DNA from: Mycoplasmatota bacterium
GTDB taxonomy: Bacteria; Bacillota_I; Bacilli_A; MAG-NZ
Assembly (NCBI GenBank): GCA_018394315.1
Contig: CP074575.1
Location: 310,001 to 374,000 of the forward strand
Direction: 5' to 3'
Length of the DNA stretch: 64,000 nucleotides
The first letter of the stretch is position 1. Each line of letters opens with the position of its first letter. Positions 9,536-18,394 of this stretch are shown piece by piece. The notes beneath the pieces are model-generated. The model saw only the letters and a program-made list of their open reading frames with translations. It was not told where the DNA came from and did no database searches. Made by a program: the position numbers and the translations under genes.

Positions 9536-10894
9536 TTAGATATATATATTTTCATCAACTAGGTAATCAAATATTTCTTCAAAATTGTCCAGCATTGATA
9601 TTTTTACTAAAACCACAGTATCTTCATCAATCAATTCACTTAACAGTTCTTTTACACCTTCGACACTATCTAACATAATCACTCTATCTTCTTCTAGTCC
9701 ATTTTCAATTGCTCCATAACCAATGAGCTTAGATACCTCATCTAGAGTAATTAAATAATCCACATCAGTTAAGTATTGCCCCATTTCTCTATGTAACTCT
9801 TCTTCTAAATCATCTAGATACCCCATCTTAGATAAAATAATAATTTTCTTTTTGGGGAATTCCATCAATACATCAATAGCTGCTTTTAAAGATGTTGGGT
9901 TTGATGAAAATGAATCATCAATAATCAATGAACCATTTATACCACTTTTTAGTTCTAAGTGTTTACTAACATATTTATAGTCCTTTAGGATTGCAATTGA
10001 TTCAGTTATATCTATACCTAATAAACGACAAGCTATAATCGCAGCAGTCGCATTATACATATTGTGTTCTCCTAGACCTGGCAACTTAACAATATACTTT
10101 TTATCATCATGAATAAGGGTATAAGACATTCTTAACACATCAACATCAGTTATTCTGTACTCACTCTCATTTTTACCAAAGTATATTAATTTTCCTTCAA
10201 AGTCGCTTATATCTATCTTTGCAGTATTTTCACAATCTTTATTTAGAATCACAAAACCTGACTCATCAATTATTTCAAGCATTTCTGCTTTAGCCTTAAT
10301 ATAACCATCTAAATCCTTACAACCATTAAAATGATCATAACCTATGTTGGTTATGATTCCAATATTGGGATTAAAGTACATATTTGCCTCAAGTATGTCA
10401 TTTGGCTCAGCAACACCCATCTCATAAACCGCTACATCAATGTAATCATCTAAGGCTACTAAATATGGCAAATTAAAATACCCTGCATTTTTACTCGATA
10501 TTGTTCCTTCGACATTATAAAACTTAGATAATATAAACTTGATCATTTCTTTTGTAGTTGTTTTTCCACATGTTCCTGTAACCCCTACAACTGGAATATC
10601 AAATAATGATCTATAGTATTTAACAAATTTCTCTAATGCTTGGTCAACATCATCGACATAAATAACAGTAAAATCATCAAATTCCGACTCAAGCTTAACA
10701 TCAGAAACAATCACTACGTTGGTCCCATTAAAATCTGATGGATAAATCCTTGAATTAGATACATAAAAATAAGCAGAATTAACATCAAGAAACCTAACTC
10801 TATAACCGACATACTCTATGTCACCTAAAAAGTTATCCTGTGCAATTTCACCCCCAATAATTTCATTAAATTCGTCAAGCGAAAACTTCTTCAT
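9536..10894 (-). CDS. MurF-like Mur-family amino acid ligase
   Basis: P-loop GVTGTCGKTTTK, EMG, ITNIGYDH, GEHNMYNA, IIDDSFSSNPTS. Confidence 0.85.
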   Translation of the reverse strand: MKKFSLDEFNEIIGGEIAQDNFLGDIEYVGYRVRFLDVNSAYFYVSNSRIYPSDFNGTNVVIVSDVKLESEFDDFTVIYVDDVDQALEKFVKYYRSLFDIPVVGVTGTCGKTTTKEMIKFILSKFYNVEGTISSKNAGYFNLPYLVALDDYIDVAVYEMGVAEPNDILEANMYFNPNIGIITNIGYDHFNGCKDLDGYIKAKAEMLEIIDESGFVILNKDCENTAKIDISDFEGKLIYFGKNESEYRITDVDVLRMSYTLIHDDKKYIVKLPGLGEHNMYNATAAIIACRLLGIDITESIAILKDYKYVSKHLELKSGINGSLIIDDSFSSNPTSLKAAIDVLMEFPKKKIIILSKMGYLDDLEEELHREMGQYLTDVDYLITLDEVSKLIGYGAIENGLEEDRVIMLDSVEGVKELLSELIDEDTVVLVKISMLDNFEEIFDYLVDENIYI

Positions 10895-11046
10895 AAAATC
10901 ACCTCTACCTTAACCTATGAAAATATTTACTTTAACGACTGAGCAATTATCTTATAGTTTCTCTATAAAGTGGTTCGTTTTTTCATCAAATTATATTACA
11001 CTATAAAAAAAGCCTAGAGAGTAAGCTCTAGACTTTAGATTATAAA

Positions 11047-11122
<76 letters not shown>

Positions 11123-11130
11123 ATAAAAAA

Positions 11131-11206
11131 TGGTGGAGAATGACGGACTTGAACCGCCGACCCTCTGCTTGTAAGGCAGATGCTCTCCCAACTGAGCTAA
11201 TCCTCC
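11131..11206 (-). tRNA. tRNA-Val(UAC)
   Basis: 76-nt cloverleaf GGAGGAT...CTTACAA...TTCAAGT...CCA, with a TTTACA-17-TATAAT promoter just upstream. Confidence 0.97.
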
Positions 11207-11275
11207 AACTGAAATTATTATATCAAATACTAAAATAGTTGTAAATAGAAACTTAAAAAGGGAATTTCTTCCCTT

Positions 11276-12181
11276 TTAAAGTTTACTTGTAATCCAATTA
11301 CTTATATCCTCATAAACCTCTTCTTTATTCGTTTCATTTATCATTTCATGAAGTGCACCTTCGTATATTTTTAAAGTTAAATCAGTTATTACCTTTTTGT
11401 ATTTTTTATGTATCTTATAAACTAGATGACAGTTTTTACCCCCTACTGGATCCTTTTCACCAGAAAACATAAGAAGTGGTATATCATTTATATTTTGATA
11501 ACTAGCTTTCGACTCTATATATAAAACACCCTTAGCCATTTCGTTTGCATAATCAATTGTAATTGTTTCACCGCAAAGGGGATCGTTATTATATTTTTTT
11601 ATAACTTCTTCATCCCTTGATACAAAACTAGACACTCCTAATTTTATAGCTTTTTTGTCTAGACCACCATAAATTAGTTTGTGCAATTTTTTACTATAAG
11701 CTTCTTTTCCATGCTTTCTCTTTTCTCTTCTTATCATCCATAAGGCTATTTTCATCATAATTGGCGAAGTAGATCCTGTTCCACTCAATATAGCACCATC
11801 AATTAAATCAGAGTATTTACTCAAGTAATCTCTTACTATGAATGATCCCATACTATGACCCATTAAAAAGATCTTTTTATTTGGATTCTCTTCTTTAATT
11901 ATTTCTGTTAACCTCTTTGTCTCTTCTACATATAAGTCCCACCCATTATCTTCATTAGATAGATAATTAAGTTTTTTATTTATACTTCTTCCATGACCTC
12001 TTAAGTCTGCGATATAAACAGTGAATCCATTATCTTTTAAAAAACTCGCAAAATTCTTATATCTCTTTCCATGTTCTATTGAACCATGAACTATCTGAAT
12101 AACTGCTTTAGCGTTTTCACGCTCATACTTATCATAAAAAATTTGTGTATTATCATTTCCATAAAAATTATACTCTAACAT
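11276..12181 (-). CDS. Alpha/beta hydrolase (lysophospholipase/monoacylglycerol lipase-like)
   Basis: IVHG, DLRGHG, GHSMG nucleophile, HEMINE. Confidence 0.9.
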   Translation of the reverse strand: MLEYNFYGNDNTQIFYDKYERENAKAVIQIVHGSIEHGKRYKNFASFLKDNGFTVYIADLRGHGRSINKKLNYLSNEDNGWDLYVEETKRLTEIIKEENPNKKIFLMGHSMGSFIVRDYLSKYSDLIDGAILSGTGSTSPIMMKIALWMIRREKRKHGKEAYSKKLHKLIYGGLDKKAIKLGVSSFVSRDEEVIKKYNNDPLCGETITIDYANEMAKGVLYIESKASYQNINDIPLLMFSGEKDPVGGKNCHLVYKIHKKYKKVITDLTLKIYEGALHEMINETNKEEVYEDISNWITSKL

Positions 12182-12190
12182 GATTCCCCC

Positions 12191-13108
12191 TTATCGTTTT
12201 ATTCTACTTAATCTAAACACTGATAATCCAAAAAATATAAACGCAATAACAATCATATATAGTATCATTACAGATACCGATATATCATATCCAAATAAAC
12301 TCATATCAACACCATAAAAACTTCGGTAAAAATCTGTTGTTCCTGCTGGGGCATCACTAAACACTATACCAAGCGGTTTTTCCATAAATATTTGTCTAAA
12401 TATTGATGAAGTGTGTGCTGCGGGATTAATCTTAATAACCGTTTGAAGTGTTTCTCCAATTACTCCAATCGGAATATAAATACCTGCTAGAAAACCAATT
12501 AATGTACCAACAAGAGTGTTTATTACTCCAACTGTTGAAACAGATTTAACAAATGATAATATAAAGAAAGAAATTGATGAAAAACTAACTACTGAGAGGA
12601 TTATTAGTAATATTGACTTAATGAATGTCATAAAAGATATAATTTCTCCTCCATTAGATATCATATAAAATTGACCTAACCCAAAAGTTATTAGTGATAA
12701 AACTATACCTACTGCCCAACTAGCAATCAAATATCCTAAAACGATTTGCCCTCTTGAAATTGGAGCGGTTAGAAAATCATTTAAAGTTTTATTTTCAGTA
12801 TCACTTATCATATCACTCAATATACTTAGTGGTACTGTTATTGAATTTACTGTTACTATCCCAGCTAAGATCCAACTATCAACTAACCATCTAATACTTT
12901 GCGTACTTGGAACACTTCCTTGTTCTAAAAACCCATTACTAACTAAATTATTAAACCTATTTATAAGACTATCAACTTGGAGTTCACCTAAAAAACCAAC
13001 ATATAAGAAAATAATAATCAAAACACTTAGTAAAGAGAAGAAAATAGATGTTTTGTCGTAAAGATAGTTTAAACAGTTTCTCTTAACTAATTTCAATACT
13101 ACTCTCAT
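12191..13108 (-). CDS. ABC-2 type exporter permease
   Basis: Multi-pass membrane protein with DFLTAPISR and GIYIP, adjacent to the ATPase. Confidence 0.88.
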   Translation of the reverse strand: MRVVLKLVKRNCLNYLYDKTSIFFSLLSVLIIIFLYVGFLGELQVDSLINRFNNLVSNGFLEQGSVPSTQSIRWLVDSWILAGIVTVNSITVPLSILSDMISDTENKTLNDFLTAPISRGQIVLGYLIASWAVGIVLSLITFGLGQFYMISNGGEIISFMTFIKSILLIILSVVSFSSISFFILSFVKSVSTVGVINTLVGTLIGFLAGIYIPIGVIGETLQTVIKINPAAHTSSIFRQIFMEKPLGIVFSDAPAGTTDFYRSFYGVDMSLFGYDISVSVMILYMIVIAFIFFGLSVFRLSRIKR

Positions 13109-13109
13109 C

Positions 13110-14021
13110 TTATACCTCCAACCTATTTCCAGTAATATTTATGAAAACATCATCCATATTACCTCTAATAACTTCAAATGCTTCAACATACTTATCTACA
13201 TTATTTAGAATTCTAAGACCTTCTAAACTATCCTTAATCCTTATAATTATTGAATCTACTGACTTTTGATACTTAATATCTAATTCATCTAACAAAGATA
13301 ATATTTGATCACTGCTTGGAACTATTTTTAAAACATCACTACTATATTTTATCCTAAGTTGTTCTGGTGTTCCTGTTGCTACAATTTCACCCTCATTAAT
13401 AATAACAACATTATTAGCAGTATTCGCCTCTTCCATATAATGCGTGGTTAAGAATATTGTGATATGTTCATCATTTCTAAGTTTTTCAATTATTTGCCAT
13501 ACTTCACTTCTTGTCTTAGGATCCAATCCAGTCGTGGGTTCATCTAAAATAAGTATACTAGGAGTATTAATTAAAGCTCTCGCAATATCAGCTTTTCTTC
13601 TTTGTCCTCCACTTAAAGTTCCATATTTTTGATCAATAAACTTTCCTAAATCAAGCATATTGCTGATTGTATTTATACGACTCTCTAAGGAAACTTGGTC
13701 TAAGCCATAAAAACTGCCACGTATATCTAGGTTTTGCCTAACTGATAATCTTCTATCAAGCATATTCTCTTGAAATACAACCCCTACCTTTTTTCTTATG
13801 AGATTATCATCTTTTCCTAATGCGTTATCATCTACGATTACTTCGCCATTATCATATTCAAGTAGAGTACATATGATATTTATTGTCGTACTTTTACCAG
13901 CTCCATTTGGGCCTAAAAACGCGAAAAATTCTCCTTCAATAACATCAAAACTTATTCCTTTAACAGCTTTTATATCATCGTAACTTTTTTGTAAATCTTT
14001 CACTGAAATAATTTTTTTCAT
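13110..14021 (-). CDS. ABC exporter ATP-binding protein
   Basis: GPNGAGKST, LSGGQRR, LDEPTTGLDP. Confidence 0.95.
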   Translation of the reverse strand: MKKIISVKDLQKSYDDIKAVKGISFDVIEGEFFAFLGPNGAGKSTTINIICTLLEYDNGEVIVDDNALGKDDNLIRKKVGVVFQENMLDRRLSVRQNLDIRGSFYGLDQVSLESRINTISNMLDLGKFIDQKYGTLSGGQRRKADIARALINTPSILILDEPTTGLDPKTRSEVWQIIEKLRNDEHITIFLTTHYMEEANTANNVVIINEGEIVATGTPEQLRIKYSSDVLKIVPSSDQILSLLDELDIKYQKSVDSIIIRIKDSLEGLRILNNVDKYVEAFEVIRGNMDDVFINITGNRLEV

Positions 14022-14207
14022 GCTCCCCCTCCTATATCATAATCTTCATTTAATTAATTATTATTGATGAATAATTATATCATTTACTATATCAATAGAC
14101 AACTAATGTCATCTTAATCTTATCCTATAAATATACTATAAGTAGCTAGTGTTAATTACAAAATACTCAAGATATGATATAATTAACTCCAATGAAAGAG
14201 GGATATT

Positions 14208-14702
14208 ATGGAACTAAGTATAAATGAAATAATCATTAGAATCGGTATTACATTACTCTTTTCGTCTCTTTTGGGTTATGAAAGAAGCAAGCATAATAAA
14301 GCTGCTGGAATCGTAACTCACTCACTAGTAGCAGTAAGTACTGCAGCTATCGCAATTCTTCAAGTTGAGTTATATAATGATAGCATTAACTTTGTATTAT
14401 CAAATCCAGAACTAGTAACACACATCACATTCGAAAGACAAAGAATTGTCGCACAAGTAATTACTGGTATCGGTTTTTTAGGCGGGGGAGCTATCTTAAA
14501 AACAAAGAGCGAAATCAGAGGATTAACAACTGCCGCTACTCTTTGGGCAAGTGGTATTGTAGGTATAATATTTGGAATGGGTTATTATTCATTAGGTATA
14601 ATTCTTTCTGTTTTGATACTTGTACTAGTCTATGGTGTAAAAACCTATATTAGAAACAAAAGAATTAATAGAGAAACTACAGATGATAGTATCGAAGGAT
14701 AA
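14208..14702 (+). CDS. MgtC/SapB family membrane protein (membrane domain only)
   Basis: GYER...AG, RIVAQVITGIGFLGGGAI, GLTTAATLW. Confidence 0.92.
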   Translation: MELSINEIIIRIGITLLFSSLLGYERSKHNKAAGIVTHSLVAVSTAAIAILQVELYNDSINFVLSNPELVTHITFERQRIVAQVITGIGFLGGGAILKTKSEIRGLTTAATLWASGIVGIIFGMGYYSLGIILSVLILVLVYGVKTYIRNKRINRETTDDSIEG

Positions 14703-14735
14703 TCAGATATATCTTTTAACATTTTAATCCAAATT

Positions 14736-14762
14736 AAAACCCCTTTCAAAAAGGGGTTTTTT
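14736..14762. terminator. Bidirectional terminator between convergent mgtC-like and kbl genes
   Basis: AAAACCCCTT-loop-AAGGGGTTTT. Confidence 0.8.
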
Positions 14763-14765
14763 AGT

Positions 14766-15938
14766 CTAAATTATGTTCAATTCTTTCCCAACTCCAACAA
14801 ATACTTCAACTGCTTTATCTAATTGTTCTTTAGTGTGCTCAGCAGTAATCATACAACGTAATCTTCCTGTACCCATCGGAACAGTTGGAAATACTATTCC
14901 TGAAACAAAAACTCCACGTTCTAATAACTTTCTAGAAAACTCCATTGTTTTCGCTTCATCACCGATTATTACAGGAGTGATTGGAGTTTCACTATTCCCG
15001 ATATCAAATCCGGTCTCCTTCATTTTATCTTTAAAGTAGTTTCCATTATCCCATAATCTTTCAGATAACTCTTTGCTTTCACTCATTACTTTAATACTTT
15101 CATTGATCGCAGCTACTGTCCCTGGAGGAAGTGCAGTAGAGAATAGAATTGGGCGCCCTCTATGTGATAACCACTCTTTTGTAGCATAACTTCCTGCTAT
15201 GTATCCACCAATTACACCTACAGCCTTACTTAAAGTACCCATAATGAAATCTACTTGACCGTGCAAATTAAAATGATCAACCGTACCTCTACCATTTTCA
15301 CCTAAAACACCAGAACCATGTGCATCATCTACATAAGTTAAGCAATCATATTTTTTAGCTAAAGCAACTATTTCTGGAAGTTTACAAATGTCACCATCCA
15401 TACTAAATACACCATCGGTAATTATTAAAACTGTTTGATAATCATTTCTTTTTTCCTTAATTAATCTTTCTAGATCTTCCATATCACTATGTTTAAAAAC
15501 AGCTTTATCAGCTCTAGATAATCTAACACCATCAATGATTGAAGCATGGTTTAATTCGTCACTTAAAATTAAATCCCCCTTACCTGTAACAGCTTGAATA
15601 GTACCTGCATTACAGTTAAATCCAGATTGAAAAACCATTACTGCTTCTTCTTTTTTGAACTTAGCTAAAGTTTTTTCTAACTCTTCATGTAAATCCATAT
15701 TACCCACAATAGTTCTTACAGCTCCAGCACCAACCCCATACTTTTCTATCGCCTTAATACTAGCTTCCTTTAACCTAGGGTGACTTGCTAAACCCAAATA
15801 ATTATTACTCGTTAAGTTAATAACTTCTTTTCCATTTAAATTAATTACTGAACCACAAGCACCATAGTTAATTGGTAACTTTCTATAAACACCTTGATCT
15901 TTCAACTCTTGAACTTTCTTTTCTAATAACTTACTCAT
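14766..15938 (-). CDS. kbl: Glycine C-acetyltransferase (2-amino-3-ketobutyrate CoA ligase)
   Basis: [25 protein letters not shown] and TLSKA (PLP lysine); downstream of tdh. Confidence 0.92.
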   Translation of the reverse strand: MSKLLEKKVQELKDQGVYRKLPINYGACGSVINLNGKEVINLTSNNYLGLASHPRLKEASIKAIEKYGVGAGAVRTIVGNMDLHEELEKTLAKFKKEEAVMVFQSGFNCNAGTIQAVTGKGDLILSDELNHASIIDGVRLSRADKAVFKHSDMEDLERLIKEKRNDYQTVLIITDGVFSMDGDICKLPEIVALAKKYDCLTYVDDAHGSGVLGENGRGTVDHFNLHGQVDFIMGTLSKAVGVIGGYIAGSYATKEWLSHRGRPILFSTALPPGTVAAINESIKVMSESKELSERLWDNGNYFKDKMKETGFDIGNSETPITPVIIGDEAKTMEFSRKLLERGVFVSGIVFPTVPMGTGRLRCMITAEHTKEQLDKAVEVFVGVGKELNII

Positions 15939-16983
15939 TTATTCCACCTGGGAAAAGAACAATCTTTCCACATTTTCCTTCCTTCATAAGTTTAAATCCC
16001 TCTTCAAAATCTTCTAAAGCAAATTCATGCGTAACAATTTTATCTAAATCTAACACTCCTGATTCTACTAATCCAACTACTTTATACCAAGTATCATACA
16101 TTAATCTACCGACAACACCATATATTTCAATTCCCTTAAATACTACATCTTTAGCTAAATCTATTTCTATATTTTTACTAGGGATTCCTAGTAAAGACAT
16201 TTTTCCGCCTAGCTTAACGTATTTGAAAGCAGCCTCGATTGCATTTTTGTTTCCACTAAACTCTGCAACTACATCAACACCATTTTCAGTTTCTATAAAC
16301 ATTCTTTTTATTACATCTTCCTTTACAGGATTGATTATTACATCAGCTCCTAAATCTTTAGCCATTTGAATTCTATACTCATCCACTTCAACTGCGATCA
16401 CCTTTTTTGCACCTAGTGCTTTAGCTACATTAACTGCCATCAATCCGATTGGCCCACATCCCACAATCGCAACATTTTTTCCGACAATATCAAAATGCGT
16501 AAGTGTATGAACAGCATTTCCTAATGGTTCTAAGATTGAAATATATTTGGGATCAATTTTTGTTTTATTTACCATACAATTACTTGCGGGCATTTTAATG
16601 TACTCCGCGAATGCACCATCAACATCAACGCCAATAATTTCAGTATTTTGACAAATGTGACCATTACCAGTTCGACATTGCTCACATTCCCCACAAACTA
16701 TATGAGTTTCAACTGATACAATATCTCCAACATTTAAAGTTACAACGTTCTTTCCAAGCATAACTATTTCACCAGCTAGTTCGTGACCAACAGTAACAGG
16801 GGGTTTAATTCTGTTTTGACTCCACTCATCCCACTCATAAATGTGTTTATCAGTACCACAAATACTAGCAGCAATAACTTTAATTAAGACTTCATTGTCA
16901 GAGATTTCAGGTATAGGCTTTTTCGATAAGGTAAGCCCTTCTCCTTCGGTCTCCTTGATAATAACATTCATAAATTCTTTCAT
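15931..16983 (-). CDS. tdh: L-threonine 3-dehydrogenase
   Basis: [19 protein letters not shown] zinc site, [15 protein letters not shown]. Confidence 0.95.
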   Translation of the reverse strand: MKEFMNVIIKETEGEGLTLSKKPIPEISDNEVLIKVIAASICGTDKHIYEWDEWSQNRIKPPVTVGHELAGEIVMLGKNVVTLNVGDIVSVETHIVCGECEQCRTGNGHICQNTEIIGVDVDGAFAEYIKMPASNCMVNKTKIDPKYISILEPLGNAVHTLTHFDIVGKNVAIVGCGPIGLMAVNVAKALGAKKVIAVEVDEYRIQMAKDLGADVIINPVKEDVIKRMFIETENGVDVVAEFSGNKNAIEAAFKYVKLGGKMSLLGIPSKNIEIDLAKDVVFKGIEIYGVVGRLMYDTWYKVVGLVESGVLDLDKIVTHEFALEDFEEGFKLMKEGKCGKIVLFPGGINE

Positions 16984-17245
16984 CTTACTCTCCTTAATTT
17001 GGAATTAATAATAGAAGTTGTGATTAATATATCACTACTTCGTAACAATAATTATCAAAAAGAAATTAGTCATAAATCATGTATGTTTTATATTGTTAAT
17101 TTGACAACTATATAATAACAAATAATAATTACAATTGATACTAAAATCATAAAAAAAACTTATGACTATTCAAAGAATATTAAAAAAGTATAGATATTAT
17201 CTATACTCTATATTCAAAACAAATATTAATAAAAAATTTTATGGT

Positions 17246-18304
17246 TTAAGAGGACTTAATTAGCTTCTTATACTCTATGCAAGCAAAAAATAAAGCAGCT
17301 AATCCATAAGAAGAATTATTTTCTTTTCTAACATATTTATACCCTGAGTATTTTCCTAGTCTCATTCGGTACGGAAGCAAAGGAATTGGATATGTTACAT
17401 CGCTAACTTCCTGTAAATAAACCTTATCACCCTTATATGCAATATTTTCCACAATTGCTTTAAAAGCGTTGATTGCGGGTGCTCTAAACTTTTCACTAAG
17501 ATATCCTTCTCTTACTCCTTGCATCCAGCCTGAAGCAATAAATGCTGTCACACTTGACTCTCTGTAACTATCACTTCTATTAATCACTGTATTAAAATAA
17601 TAATCTTCTCTTTGATAGGACAATATTGCATTTGAAATCTCGTTTAGATGTTTTATATTTTCTTCATCATGTATCGCGCTTATCATGATAGGAAGTCCAA
17701 AAATCATCAAGCCATTACCCCTACCCCAATATAAATTTTTAGGAGAAGCTTCATTTAAAAATTGAACATACGTATGAGTCAGTAGTTTTGTTTCTTCATT
17801 CTGTAAATATTTGATAAAATGTCTTGGGTGTTTAACTGCTTTTTCAATTAATAGACTATCATCAACATCTCTAGCATAAACACTAGAAAAGATACCAAAG
17901 ACTACAACTGAATCAATCCAAATACTTTTTGGATAAAATTTTGAAGTACCACTATGACCTAAGTGATTTGGTAAATCTTCAATAAGTTTTGGTTCATTTA
18001 TTAAGTAATCAACTACTTCTTGTATCAATTTATTGTATTTTTCTTCCTTAGTTTTCTTATATAATTCATGAGTTATTAGAGCTGGGGCACACGTGTTTGA
18101 CCTGTTAATATTTACTCCTTTTTCATAATGGTAATCAACATATTCCTTATAGAAATCAAAATATCTATTTTCATTTAATTCTTTATCAAGTAATGACAAA
18201 GAATACATTAATAATCCTTCTCCCCATGACCACTTCAAGTCTTTGGGGTCTACTACTTTTGTGACAAAATCCGCTAAATCTATAACTCTATTAAAATAAT
18301 CCAC
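17246..18304 (-). CDS. Glycoside hydrolase family 105/88-like protein
   Basis: WSWGEG, IWID, WGRGNG, ESSVTA and YG motifs; GTG start after AGGAGA. Confidence 0.8.
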   Translation of the reverse strand: MDYFNRVIDLADFVTKVVDPKDLKWSWGEGLLMYSLSLLDKELNENRYFDFYKEYVDYHYEKGVNINRSNTCAPALITHELYKKTKEEKYNKLIQEVVDYLINEPKLIEDLPNHLGHSGTSKFYPKSIWIDSVVVFGIFSSVYARDVDDSLLIEKAVKHPRHFIKYLQNEETKLLTHTYVQFLNEASPKNLYWGRGNGLMIFGLPIMISAIHDEENIKHLNEISNAILSYQREDYYFNTVINRSDSYRESSVTAFIASGWMQGVREGYLSEKFRAPAINAFKAIVENIAYKGDKVYLQEVSDVTYPIPLLPYRMRLGKYSGYKYVRKENNSSYGLAALFFACIEYKKLIKSS

Positions 18305-18394
18305 TTAATCATCTCCTGACGCCTAAATTAATATAGCGAAAAAAAATATACCATACATTTTTATTATAGTCAAATATGGTATATTAATTAATAA

